A stretch of DNA of 41,894 nucleotides from a bacterium (lineage in GTDB: Bacteria; UBP15; UBA6099; JAJRTR01): the NCBI GenBank assembly GCA_024278215.1, contig JAJRTR010000192.1, positions 1-41,894 of the forward strand. The letters run 5' to 3'. Position 1 is the stretch's first letter, and every line of letters starts with the position of its first letter. Below are positions 20,592-30,069 of this stretch, one piece after another. Made by a program: the position numbers and the translations under genes. The notes below the pieces were generated by a model. That model searched no databases. It saw nothing but the letters and a program-made list of their open reading frames with translations, and had not been told where the DNA came from.

Positions 20592-21809
20592 TCACAGGAG
20601 GTCTTCGAAGTTGGTAATGTCTTCGAGCACGAAATCCGGTTCGTAGGTTTTCATAAGGCGCACGGTTTCGAGATCGATGACGCCGGTCATGACGACCGCG
20701 CTGCGACAGCCGATGACGCGTGCTGCCATTAGATCGCTGAGCGAATCGCCCACGATGACTGTTTTCTCGCCGAGGTCTCTGTCTATGGGGAGCGGCATTG
20801 CGAGGAGTTCGTCGATACTCCTGCCGGGGAAAATAGCACGCAGATAGATATAGGGATGCGGCTTTGCAAGCCTAGCAGTCCCGCCGCTTTCCGCGATATG
20901 CGCTTCGGCTTCGGCGATTTCCCTGTGCGTGCCCATGCGTCGTGAATCGAAGAAGTTCAGCAGCCCCCACTTGTGCAGGGGGATCATTATTTCGTCATAG
21001 GGTCTGCCGGTGGCCACACCGAATGTCAAGCCGGCTTCTTTCAGCATGGCAAGTGTCGAGATGATCCTGTTGACGGGGATAATCGGCTTTTCGAACCAGA
21101 TCATGCCGTCTTTGGGCATATTGCTCAGTTTTTCCGTACCGCTCATGCTGAACATAGAATCGCCGAGATACCATTCCTGGAAAAGTGTTGTGCAAAGCTG
21201 CCAGAGATCGTCGCCACGCTTGAAAACAGGCGCGTCAAGACCGGTGCGCTCATAGCGCCACGCGTTTATATCCGCTTCGAACATTTCAGCGCGGCGCTCG
21301 GGCGCCTCATCAGGAGAGAGTTCGCCCCGCGCGGCGATCCGTTTTTCCCTGAAGTTCATAAAAAACGCCGATACGTTGTCTATATGTTCCGCGCTCAGAT
21401 TTCTTGTGGGCAGGAGTTCTCCCAGCGAACTGAAAGTTTCATCAGTAATGGGCGCTTTGAATATTCTCTCGACCCCGGCGCTGTCGCGGATCATGGCTAT
21501 GTAATCGATCAGGTACAGCACAGCCGAGAAGTAGGCGAGGTCCCAGTTTGTGTTGATCCCGTTGTTTTTGAGGAAAGCCGCAAATGGTTCGGAAACAAAA
21601 TTTTTCAGTTCCACCGACACGCCCGGCTTGTGGAGGACCGTACACATAGCACTGTCTTTCAGGCCGAGAAACTGCCTGCTGTAATGCAGTTCAAGAACAG
21701 TGAGGTCTGCGGAATTCCAGTATTCGCGTTCGCCGGTGATAACACCGTCCATATCAAAGATAACGGTTTCGACATTGCGGAATTTGCTTCTCTTCTCATG
21801 AATATTCAT
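20592..21809 (-). CDS. HAD-superfamily hydrolase
   Basis: FDMDGVI, ATGRP, KPHPY and VGDSLSD motifs. ATG 21809 lies 16 bp after the hisB-like stop. Confidence 0.88.
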   Translation of the reverse strand: MNIHEKRSKFRNVETVIFDMDGVITGEREYWNSADLTVLELHYSRQFLGLKDSAMCTVLHKPGVSVELKNFVSEPFAAFLKNNGINTNWDLAYFSAVLYLIDYIAMIRDSAGVERIFKAPITDETFSSLGELLPTRNLSAEHIDNVSAFFMNFREKRIAARGELSPDEAPERRAEMFEADINAWRYERTGLDAPVFKRGDDLWQLCTTLFQEWYLGDSMFSMSGTEKLSNMPKDGMIWFEKPIIPVNRIISTLAMLKEAGLTFGVATGRPYDEIMIPLHKWGLLNFFDSRRMGTHREIAEAEAHIAESGGTARLAKPHPYIYLRAIFPGRSIDELLAMPLPIDRDLGEKTVIVGDSLSDLMAARVIGCRSAVVMTGVIDLETVRLMKTYEPDFVLEDITNFEDLL

Positions 21810-21825
21810 TTGCGGTCCAGCCTGT

Positions 21826-22458
21826 CTACTGCTTTTCGATGGAAACAACGCCCTTGACGCCCGGTGTGGTGCCGCGACGCCACCGGCACGGTTCGAAGGC
21901 GACGCGCAGAGATTCGCCAAACGCCCTGAAAACACTTTCCCATATATGGTGGGGATTCTTCCCCTTGATCAGGTCGAGATGCAACGTAGCGCGCGCGCCC
22001 TGCACAATGCCCTCGAAAAACGCCGCGAGGTCCGCCTGCTGCATATCTTCCACCAGTTCCTGGCCGTCCACGAGTTTGCTGTCGATAACAAGCAGCGCGC
22101 GCTCCTCGAAACTCAATGTCGCCCCGGCGAGCGCTTCGTCGATACATGCCGTGGCCGACCCCGAACCGTTTATTCCGCTGCTCACTTCACGGTTGAAAAG
22201 TTCGAGCAGCGCCTCGCCCAGTGCAAGCCCCACATCTTCACATATCACATGTGTCAGTTTGAAGTCTTCGAGTTCGACTTTGATCTCGATATTCATGCAG
22301 GCGCGCCACACTATCGTCTCGAGCATGTGGTTGAAGAACTGGAGGGAAGTGTCGATTTTTTTCTTGTAATCCGGGTCTCTCTCCGCGCGAGCCAGCTTCA
22401 GTTCGATAGCCGATTCCGCAGTCGTTCTCTTTACTCTAATTGCGCTGTCGCCCGACAT
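21826..22458 (-). CDS. hisB: Imidazoleglycerol-phosphate dehydratase-like protein (divergent HisB)
   Basis: RTTAES, FFNHMLE, EDVGLALGEAL, IDEAL and NPHHIWESVFRAFG motifs. The first HH motif is altered. Confidence 0.75.
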   Translation of the reverse strand: MSGDSAIRVKRTTAESAIELKLARAERDPDYKKKIDTSLQFFNHMLETIVWRACMNIEIKVELEDFKLTHVICEDVGLALGEALLELFNREVSSGINGSGSATACIDEALAGATLSFEERALLVIDSKLVDGQELVEDMQQADLAAFFEGIVQGARATLHLDLIKGKNPHHIWESVFRAFGESLRVAFEPCRWRRGTTPGVKGVVSIEKQ

Positions 22459-22521
22459 AGTTCATCACCTTTTTCTCTTGTCTTGTGGTTCAGCCATCGC
22501 TGCAATAGCACGAAACACTTC

Positions 22522-23841
22522 TTACCTGTTCTTATTATCCGTTTTTTTCTGCTGTCTTTTCACAATCGCCGCGGCGTGCGCCGGGAATCCTTCATATTCG
22601 GCAAGTGTGCGGGCGGTGGGAGCCAGCGCATCGAAACCTTTTTCGGTGCAATATCCGATGGAAGTGCGCTTGAGAAAATCATAAACCGTTACGCCCGAAA
22701 AAGTTCTTGCAAACGCACCTGTCGGCAGTATCGCGTCGACACCCAGGCAGTAGTTGCCGAGCGTGATCGGCGTGTTGTGGCCGATGAGCATCTCGCCCGC
22801 GTTGTCGATTTTCAGCATAGTGTCGAACGGGTCGGAAGTCAGCACTTCGAGATGCTCGGGCGCGAAATCGTTAACAAATCGGACCGATTCGTCAATGTTT
22901 CCTGTGACGACCGCGCCGCCGTATTTCGAGAGTCCGGTGCGGCAGAAAGTGCGTCTGGGTTCGGGCAGTTTTTCAATGAGCGCGGGCAGCTTCGCCGCAA
23001 CCTGCCCGACGAGCTTCTCCGAGTCCGTGACAAGAAGCGCGGCGGAATCGGGACCGTGTTCGGCCTCAATCAGAAGGTCCGTCGCGGCGATGTCCGGGTC
23101 TGTTGTTTCATCCGCGAGTATGATCGATTCACTGGGTCCGGCGGGCAGACCTACATCTATGATGCCGAACAGCATCCTCTTCGCGGCCGTCACATAGCCA
23201 CTGCCCGGACCGATAATTTTGTCCATTTTCGGAATCTTTTTCGTGCCGTATGCGAAAGCCGCGACCGCCTGCGCACCGCCGACCCTGTAGACATCGCCGA
23301 TACCGCACCTGCGCGCGGCGACGAGTGTCGCCGCATCGCATTCACCACCCGGCCCCGGCGGCGTCGCAACTGCGATCCGCCCTACCCCGGCCACAACCGC
23401 AGGCACTCCCAGCATGACCATAACCGACGGGAACGAACCTTTTCCGCGCGGTACATACAGCGCACAGGATGTTATCGGTGTGATCTTTTCGCCCGCGAAC
23501 ACACCGTCCTCGACAGGCGTGAGCCACAGTGGATCGGGCATTTGTTTTTCATGGTAGGCTCTCACATTTTCGACAGCTTTCTCTATCGCGCGCGTGATCT
23601 TTTTCGGCAGTAGTTCCTCCGCCTCGTCGAATTCTTTTTTCTTAACTTTGAACTGCGCGCTTTTGAGTTGCACGCAGTCGAATTCTTCAGTAAATCGCAC
23701 GAGCGCGCTGTCGCCGTCATTGCGCACCGCGTCGACAATCGGCGCGACAGTAGCCTGCAACGACTTTATATCCTGCTCGCAACGCCGCATCACCGCTGCC
23801 TTTTCATCCACGTCCATTCTGTTCCAGTAATAGATGTTCAT
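22522..23841 (-). CDS. hisD: Histidinol dehydrogenase-family protein (divergent HisD)
   Basis: LYVPRG, GGAQAVAAFAYGT, DKIIGPGS, PAGPSE, EAEH, APEHL and EGFPAHA motifs. ATG follows GGAGG. Confidence 0.85.
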   Translation of the reverse strand: MNIYYWNRMDVDEKAAVMRRCEQDIKSLQATVAPIVDAVRNDGDSALVRFTEEFDCVQLKSAQFKVKKKEFDEAEELLPKKITRAIEKAVENVRAYHEKQMPDPLWLTPVEDGVFAGEKITPITSCALYVPRGKGSFPSVMVMLGVPAVVAGVGRIAVATPPGPGGECDAATLVAARRCGIGDVYRVGGAQAVAAFAYGTKKIPKMDKIIGPGSGYVTAAKRMLFGIIDVGLPAGPSESIILADETTDPDIAATDLLIEAEHGPDSAALLVTDSEKLVGQVAAKLPALIEKLPEPRRTFCRTGLSKYGGAVVTGNIDESVRFVNDFAPEHLEVLTSDPFDTMLKIDNAGEMLIGHNTPITLGNYCLGVDAILPTGAFARTFSGVTVYDFLKRTSIGYCTEKGFDALAPTARTLAEYEGFPAHAAAIVKRQQKKTDNKNR

Positions 23842-23925
23842 CTTTCCGCCTCCGAACGTAACTTGAGAGCCTGTCAATTATAGCATAATGGATATTTCAT
23901 ATCATCAGAGCCCGAAACTTAAGAA

Positions 23926-24105
23926 AGAGCCAATTGCAAAATTATGTTCGTAGCGAGGTCGAGCGAAATTGTACAGAGCAAGGCGGAAGTGTAAAATCCT
24001 CGCAGGTGTACTTGTAGAGTATGTCGAGGACGATTTTATGCCGACAACACAGCTATGGACAATAGCAGCCGACCGCAGCAGAATCAGAATTTTGCAATTG
24101 GCTCT
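23926..24105. mobile_element. Complete 180-bp MITE-like element (family A)
   Basis: Perfect 18-bp terminal inverted repeats AGAGCCAATTGCAAAATT / AATTTTGCAATTGGCTCT, an internal hairpin, and related copies at 1-72 and 38353-38413. Confidence 0.82.
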
Positions 24106-24130
24106 AAAGTAGTGCAAAAACCATAAAAGT

Positions 24131-24365
24131 GTAGGGCGGAGTCACCGTACCCCGCCTCAACTTGTGCCTGTACAAACCGTTTTCGCGAGAAATATGTTCA
24201 GGCGAGATGTGCGGTGACGGGTGTGCGACACAAAAGTGGGTTTTTGCGAAAAGCAGGACAGGTACAGCAAAAACAGCTTTACCAGTCCCTGTTTTTTGCA
24301 CATTGAAAATGTGATTGTTTTTAACCCACTTTTATGTCGCACACCCTGAAGTGCCCCCGCCCTAC
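24131..24365. repeat. GTAG-type REP doublet interrupted by another element
   Basis: Starts GTAGGGCGGAGTCACCGTACCCCGCC and ends GTGCCCCCGCCCTAC. The first ~70 bp nearly match the reverse complement of the element at 31509-31601. Confidence 0.78.
24219..24346. mobile_element. 128-bp MITE-like element (family C) nested in the REP doublet
   Basis: 24-bp terminal inverted repeats GGGTGTGCGACACAAAAGTGGGTT / AACCCACTTTTATGTCGCACACCC (1 mismatch) and an internal imperfect palindrome. Confidence 0.7.
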
Positions 24366-24580
24366 TTGCGACATTACAAGCCTGACGTGACAGTAGTCGA
24401 ATTTCTGGGGATACGATCCGGAATTGAGGTGCAAATTCAAGTCATGTCCCCGACATTCTCACTTGATTTTGAAAAACGCATAAGTTCAGTTTTATTTTTA
24501 TATTTCCGTGTTGACTCGGCGCAATACTTTCCCGTCCCCTGTGTGTTTTACTTGATGAAGAGTGTCGACCGAATATACTA

Positions 24581-25642
24581 ATGACAGAAGAATCGAAAAA
24601 GAAGGCCGCAATGGAACAGAGCAGGCTCATACCGTTCTACAGGAAGATGGCGCGGAAAAACGCGCCCGCGAAAGCAAGGATCGAACTGACGCGCCGGTGC
24701 AATCTCAAATGTGTGCACTGCAAAGTCGTGTGCGACGTACATGCAACCGATGAACTTACGCCCGAGGACATCCACAATATCCTGCCGCAGCTAAGAGATA
24801 TGGGCACGTTCGAGGTTAATCTCACAGGCGGCGAAATTTTCGCGCGGCCCGACATCATGCCTGTGCTCGAAGCGATTTTCGAATATGATTTCATATTCAC
24901 CTTCCAGACAAACGGCACGCTGATGCGCGACGAACATTTCGAGTTTGTCGAGAAAAATAAGAATCGAATCAGCAGGTTCGGCGTCAGTGTCTATGCGGGC
25001 ACGCCGGAGATACACGAAAAGATAACCGGCGTAAAAGGCTCGTTCGATAAGACGATAGCCGCAATCAGGCACCTGCGGGAGACAGGTGTGCCGGTGGCGG
25101 CGTTTACGATGCTCATGAGCCACAACGCGCCGTATCACGAGCAGACGAAAAAGTTTTTCGAGGACAACGGGATCGTCTTCCAGTTCGGCGCGCTGATGAT
25201 CACGCGCGAAGACGGTTGCGCCGCGCCGCTCGAGCTGCGCGTCGACACGGATATGATGCCCGACTTGCCGATACAGTGGGAAGAATACCTTAACCCCGAC
25301 CCCGCCTGTGTGCCGGACAGCTATCCACCGGAAACGTCGATTTCCGAATGGTGCATCGCAGGGCGGTTTGCAAACATAATGCCCAACGCGGATGTTGTGC
25401 CCTGCTCGGTGATCAGAACGCCGGTCGGAAACCTGCGTCGCCGGACATTCGAGGAGATATGGACGACATCGCCGCTACTCGATGAACTCCGCAGTATAAC
25501 AGTGGGCGACCTCGATTGCCGCGATTGCGAATATTTCCCGCGCTGCAAGCCGTGTGTGGGCATCGCTATGGAAGAGCAGGGACGCTTCACCGCCAGGCCG
25601 CGCGAATACTGCCGAATGACGAAGAAGTATCTGGAAAAGTAG
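24581..25642 (+). CDS. Radical SAM protein with SPASM domain
   Basis: CNLKCVHC, LTGGE and TNGTL; C-terminal CIAG...VVPC...GNL...CRDC-x5-CKPC...C. Confidence 0.92.
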   Translation: MTEESKKKAAMEQSRLIPFYRKMARKNAPAKARIELTRRCNLKCVHCKVVCDVHATDELTPEDIHNILPQLRDMGTFEVNLTGGEIFARPDIMPVLEAIFEYDFIFTFQTNGTLMRDEHFEFVEKNKNRISRFGVSVYAGTPEIHEKITGVKGSFDKTIAAIRHLRETGVPVAAFTMLMSHNAPYHEQTKKFFEDNGIVFQFGALMITREDGCAAPLELRVDTDMMPDLPIQWEEYLNPDPACVPDSYPPETSISEWCIAGRFANIMPNADVVPCSVIRTPVGNLRRRTFEEIWTTSPLLDELRSITVGDLDCRDCEYFPRCKPCVGIAMEEQGRFTARPREYCRMTKKYLEK

Positions 25643-25644
25643 CT

Positions 25645-27045
25645 TCAGGTCTGATTCTGCTCGAAAAGACCGTATTTCTTCATTTTATTGTGGAGACTTT
25701 TGCGGCAGATTTTGAGGAGTTCGGCAGTGCGGGTGCGGCTCCAGTCGGTAGCGTCGAGCGCGTCGATGATGAGTTGTTTTTCTGCGCCGGAAGCGATATT
25801 TTCAACAATTTCCTGCAATGAGCCGTCGAAAAAGTCCCGGTCGTATTCTGTCGAAATCGTCTTATCGGAAATGTTCGTGGGCAGGCACTCCATAGTTATC
25901 ATATCGGCAGGTGCGAGGAGCATGGCGCGCTGGATGATGTTCTCGAGTTCGCGCACATTCCCCGGCCAGTCATAGGATAGAAGCGCGCTGATTGCCGAGC
26001 GGGACACTCCCCTGATTTCCTTATCAAGTTTCTTATTGTTTCTTTCAATAAAATGATCTATGAGCAGAGGCAGATCGCCCTTTCTCGCGCGAAGCGGAGG
26101 CAGGTAGATCGGCATGACGTTAAGTCGGAAATAGAGGTCTTCCCTGAACTTCTTTTCCTTGACGGCTTTCGGCAGATCGTGGTTTGTAGCGGCGATGATA
26201 CGAATGTCGACATGTATCGAGTCGTTGCCGCCGAGCCTTTCAAACTCTCTTTCTTCGATGACCCGTAGAACTTTTGCCTGTGTCATAAGGCTCATATCAC
26301 CGATTTCGTCCAGAAGGATAGTGCCGGAGTGAGCCTGTTCGAATTTTCCGATTTTTCGTTGCTCGGCACCGGTGAACGCGCCTTTCTCGTAGCCGAACAG
26401 CTCGCTTTCGAGCAGGTTTTCAGGTATCGCGGCGCAATTGATTTTCACAAAAGGCCGGTCTTTTCGCAGGCTGTTGTGGTGAATGAGATTCGACACGAGT
26501 TCTTTTCCCGTGCCGCTTTCTCCGTAAACGATAACGGTGACATCCGTCTTCATAATCTTCGCAATCAACTCGAAGACCTTCTTCATCTCGTGGCTCTGGC
26601 CGATAATGCCGTCGAAGGAAAACCGGCTGCCGAGTTCGCTACGCAGTTCTTTTATCTCATCCTCGAGTTTCTGTTTCTCGACAGCTCTTTTGACCACGAT
26701 GCGCATCTCGTTTATATCGAATGGTTTTGTGAAGTAGTCGTAGGCCCCCATTCGGATAGCTTCCATGGCAATTTCTTTAGACCCGTAGGCCGTCATCATG
26801 ATTACGGGAACTTCCGGATGATTCGACAATATGTGGTCGAGCACCTGGAGACCGTCCGTTTTCGGCATTCGCACGTCCATCAGCACACAGGCGTAAGCAT
26901 CCTTGCCGATCATAGAAATCGCCATCTCGCCGTCGCAGGCGAGATGCACTTCATAGCCCTGCGATGCGAGCGCTTCCTTGAGGAAGAAGCGCATGTTTTC
27001 CTCGTCGTCCACGACAAGTATCTTAAGCTGATTCGATTCGCTCAT
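25645..27045 (-). CDS. Sigma54-dependent response regulator (NtrC/AtoC/ZraR family)
   Basis: Receiver domain, GESGTGKE, ELFGYEKGAFTGA, LDEIGD, WPGNVREL and a C-terminal Fis HTH. Confidence 0.95.
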   Translation of the reverse strand: MSESNQLKILVVDDEENMRFFLKEALASQGYEVHLACDGEMAISMIGKDAYACVLMDVRMPKTDGLQVLDHILSNHPEVPVIMMTAYGSKEIAMEAIRMGAYDYFTKPFDINEMRIVVKRAVEKQKLEDEIKELRSELGSRFSFDGIIGQSHEMKKVFELIAKIMKTDVTVIVYGESGTGKELVSNLIHHNSLRKDRPFVKINCAAIPENLLESELFGYEKGAFTGAEQRKIGKFEQAHSGTILLDEIGDMSLMTQAKVLRVIEEREFERLGGNDSIHVDIRIIAATNHDLPKAVKEKKFREDLYFRLNVMPIYLPPLRARKGDLPLLIDHFIERNNKKLDKEIRGVSRSAISALLSYDWPGNVRELENIIQRAMLLAPADMITMECLPTNISDKTISTEYDRDFFDGSLQEIVENIASGAEKQLIIDALDATDWSRTRTAELLKICRKSLHNKMKKYGLFEQNQT

Positions 27046-28576
27046 TTTCAGATATATCCAACTCTGTTTTTTCCCTCACCGGCAGGCGGATAGTGAAGGC
27101 GGTTCTTTCGTTCGGCGTGCTTTCGACACAGATGCGCCCCCCGTGCGCCTCGATTGTCTGTCTCGTGATCACGAGTCCGAATCCCGCGCCGTCTTCTTTA
27201 GTAGTGAAGCTGGGATTGAAAATCCTGCCCAGATGTTCCTCTTTTATTCCAGGGCCGTTGTCTTCGAATACGAGTACGATCTCCCCGGTATCCCTTTTAC
27301 TTGATGAATCTTTTTCATATTTCGCCGCGACTTTGATCCGGCCTTTTTCCGGCATTGCCTGAATAGCGTTCACGATGAGGTTGAGAAAAGCCTGGAGAAG
27401 ATTTTCTTCCTGGCATAGTATGTCCGGCATATCCCGCGGAGCATCTACTTCGATGGAGATTTCCTTCTTGCGTATGTCGTGTTTCGCGAGCGATATCGTG
27501 TCGTCTATAATCTGTGATACAGATGCGAAATCCCACGTGGTAGTAGTCGGCTGGATGAATTTCAGCAACCTTTCGACGACTTTGTCTATCCGGTCTACGT
27601 CACTGAGTATGACCTTCGAGTAGTTCGCAAGGCGGCTGTTTCCTTCGGCTGCGGCGTTTTCGTTCAGCAACTGCGCAAGTCCCTTTATCGAACAGAGTGG
27701 ATTGCGCACTTGGTGGGCGATACCGGCCGCGAGGCCGCCCAGTGTCGTGAGCCTGTCGACACCACGCATCTGGTCGTGCACTTTGCGCAGGTGGGCGACA
27801 TCTTCGAAAGATATAATGAGCCCGATGAGCGTGTTGTCGTGGTCTTTGAGGAATGATGTCGAAATCGATATGGGTATCATATCGCGGTTCTCGGTGGAAA
27901 TGTACATTTCTTTTCCGACGAAGGTGCAGCGCTCTTCGAGCGTGGACCTTATGGCCTGGTGGAACTGCTCGTTTTCCGGTGCCTCCGGGATCATATCGGA
28001 AATCGGCTTGCCCGTGAATTCCCGCGCGGCAAGCCCGAGTATCACTTCCGCGTCGTTGCTCATGGAAGTGATGTGGCCTTTGTCGTTGATGGTCACAACG
28101 CCGCCTGCCATGGTCTGGAGAAGGTAGCGGTTGATCGACGAGATCATGTTGTTAAAAGCGCTGCCTAGCATGGCGATTTCGCCGTCGCCACTGAGATGAA
28201 TAGTGCGGGTGAGATCGCCGCGCGCTATTTCCGCCGTGCTCACCGCAAGCCTCCGAATGGGATTCGTTATTGTAATCGCAAGTATCAGTCCGCTGATGAG
28301 CGCCAGTACGCCAAAGAAAACGATAACTATTGTCGCATGCCCCATCACCATTGATATCTTCGCTTTTATCTGTGTGGATTCGATGGGAATCGGTGAGGTA
28401 AGAAGTTCAAGCTCGATAAGTTTTATAATCGCCAGTCCCAGCCCGAGCACAAGCAGCGTCGTCATCACGGGAATAGCTATCATGAGCCTGAGACGAATTT
28501 TCGTCTTTATGCGCCCGGTTCCGGGAACCGGCGTGTCGTTTGCGTCGACTTGTTTTGTTTTTTGCGATTTCAACAA
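27023..28576 (-). CDS. Membrane sensor histidine kinase (HAMP-PAS-HisKA-HATPase)
   Basis: Two TM segments, HAMP, PAS, AAGIAHQVRNPL, NAIQA, DNGPGI and GAGFGL. Confidence 0.93.
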   Translation of the reverse strand: MLKSQKTKQVDANDTPVPGTGRIKTKIRLRLMIAIPVMTTLLVLGLGLAIIKLIELELLTSPIPIESTQIKAKISMVMGHATIVIVFFGVLALISGLILAITITNPIRRLAVSTAEIARGDLTRTIHLSGDGEIAMLGSAFNNMISSINRYLLQTMAGGVVTINDKGHITSMSNDAEVILGLAAREFTGKPISDMIPEAPENEQFHQAIRSTLEERCTFVGKEMYISTENRDMIPISISTSFLKDHDNTLIGLIISFEDVAHLRKVHDQMRGVDRLTTLGGLAAGIAHQVRNPLCSIKGLAQLLNENAAAEGNSRLANYSKVILSDVDRIDKVVERLLKFIQPTTTTWDFASVSQIIDDTISLAKHDIRKKEISIEVDAPRDMPDILCQEENLLQAFLNLIVNAIQAMPEKGRIKVAAKYEKDSSSKRDTGEIVLVFEDNGPGIKEEHLGRIFNPSFTTKEDGAGFGLVITRQTIEAHGGRICVESTPNERTAFTIRLPVREKTELDISENERIESA

Positions 28577-28603
28577 AGCGCTTTTTGTCCACCAATTCCC
28601 CGC

Positions 28604-28981
28604 CTATTTTTTACTGCTGATATTCCGTTTTACCTTCGCCAGCAGAATCGCCGGCACGAACGGTTTCACTACATAGTCACGCGCACCCATGTTTATCGCC
28701 CTCGCCACGCACTGCGTATCCGATCTCGAGGTCAGCATTATCACCGGCAACTTGCGGGTCTTCCTCTCAGCCTGCAACTTCTCCAACACTTCAAAACCGT
28801 CCATAACCGGCATGATTATATCCAGCAGCACAAGCTTCGGCACCTGCTTCGACACTGCCCGCAGTGCCTCTTCACCGTTCTCGGCAAGTATGACTTCATA
28901 ACCCGCCTGGGAAAGTCTGTTCTCCAGTATATGCAGGATTGTCTTATCATCATCTACTATAAGTATCTTGTGTCTTCGCAT
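28604..28981 (-). CDS. Single-domain response regulator
   Basis: ILIVDDD, LLDIIMPVMDG, MLTS and VKPF motifs. Confidence 0.93.
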   Translation of the reverse strand: MRRHKILIVDDDKTILHILENRLSQAGYEVILAENGEEALRAVSKQVPKLVLLDIIMPVMDGFEVLEKLQAERKTRKLPVIMLTSRSDTQCVARAINMGARDYVVKPFVPAILLAKVKRNISSKK

Positions 28982-29217
28982 TAAGTTGTCCTGTATATTG
29001 TGTGTAATCCATTACACACAACTATAGCTTGTATTATATCTTATATCGGCATTTTTTCCATAATAATCAGTGATATTTCATATTATTCTGAAATCCGTCC
29101 ACTACTGCGCCGATGTTTATGCGTTTGAATATATAGCGATATAAATCTATAATGACGTTCGGTCGATTATAGTGCATTTATATCAGAGTGCCAATATATG
29201 TTAAAGGTGACAGTTTC

Positions 29218-30060
29218 TTGAAACCGGTAAATATAAAAAAAACAATTGCGGCTATCTGCGCTTTGTTCGCGATGAGTGTTTTTACAGTGTCCTGCTCGAC
29301 GTCGAAAGAGACTGAAGGTGCAAGAGTGCTGAAAATGGCGACTACGACGAGTACCGAGAATTCGGGTCTGCTGAATGTGCTGCTGCCCGCGTTCGAAAAG
29401 GAGCATAACGCCCGCGTAGACGTGATAGCGGTAGGAACGGGCAAGGCCCTGAAACTGGGCGAGAACGGCGATGTCGATATCCTGATGGTTCATGCTCCCG
29501 ACGCCGAGAAAAGATTTGTCGCGGCCGGCCACGGTGTCGACAGAACAGAGATAATGTATAACGATTTCATAATTCTCGGGCCCCGGAACGACCCGGCAAA
29601 TGTAAAAGGGATGCAGTCTGCTTCCGCCGCGCTCGCACGCATGGCGGACGAAAAAATCGAGTTTATATCGCGCGGCGATGATTCCGGCACTGATAAGAAA
29701 GAAAAGAAACTATGGGCTGCATCCGGTGTAGTGCCCGAAGGCCGCTGGTACATGGAGATAGGGCGCGGCATGGGCGCGACACTTACCATGGCCGACGAAA
29801 AGCAGGCATATACGCTTGCCGACAGGGGCACTTATCTTTCGATGAAAAAAAAGCTTTCAATCGTACCGCTGGTGGAGGGCGACAGGGCTCTGTATAACCT
29901 CTATTCCGTGATAGCGATAAACCCGGATAAGTATCCACATGCCAGGTACGATCTTGCGATGGAGTTTATTAAATGGATCAGTTCCCACGAGGCGATGAAA
30001 ATCGTTTCGGAGTATAAGGTAGAGGGTGAAGTGTTGTTTCATCCGCTAAAAGATAACTGA
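29218..30060 (+). CDS. tupA: Tungstate ABC transporter substrate-binding lipoprotein
   Basis: ATTTSTENSGLL (TTTS signature), VGTGKAL and SRGDDSGT, with a lipobox-like TVSC. TTG start follows AAGGTG (GTG 29188 is an alternative). Confidence 0.92.
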   Translation: MKPVNIKKTIAAICALFAMSVFTVSCSTSKETEGARVLKMATTTSTENSGLLNVLLPAFEKEHNARVDVIAVGTGKALKLGENGDVDILMVHAPDAEKRFVAAGHGVDRTEIMYNDFIILGPRNDPANVKGMQSASAALARMADEKIEFISRGDDSGTDKKEKKLWAASGVVPEGRWYMEIGRGMGATLTMADEKQAYTLADRGTYLSMKKKLSIVPLVEGDRALYNLYSVIAINPDKYPHARYDLAMEFIKWISSHEAMKIVSEYKVEGEVLFHPLKDN

Positions 30061-30069
30061 AGCTGATGA

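Noticed and set aside
21946-23613. 555-aa plus-strand ORF and similar long antisense ORFs (1008-1877, 15757-16803, 31682-32485, 34333-35175)
   Set aside because: They are shadow frames opposite well-supported genes and carry no recognisable motifs.
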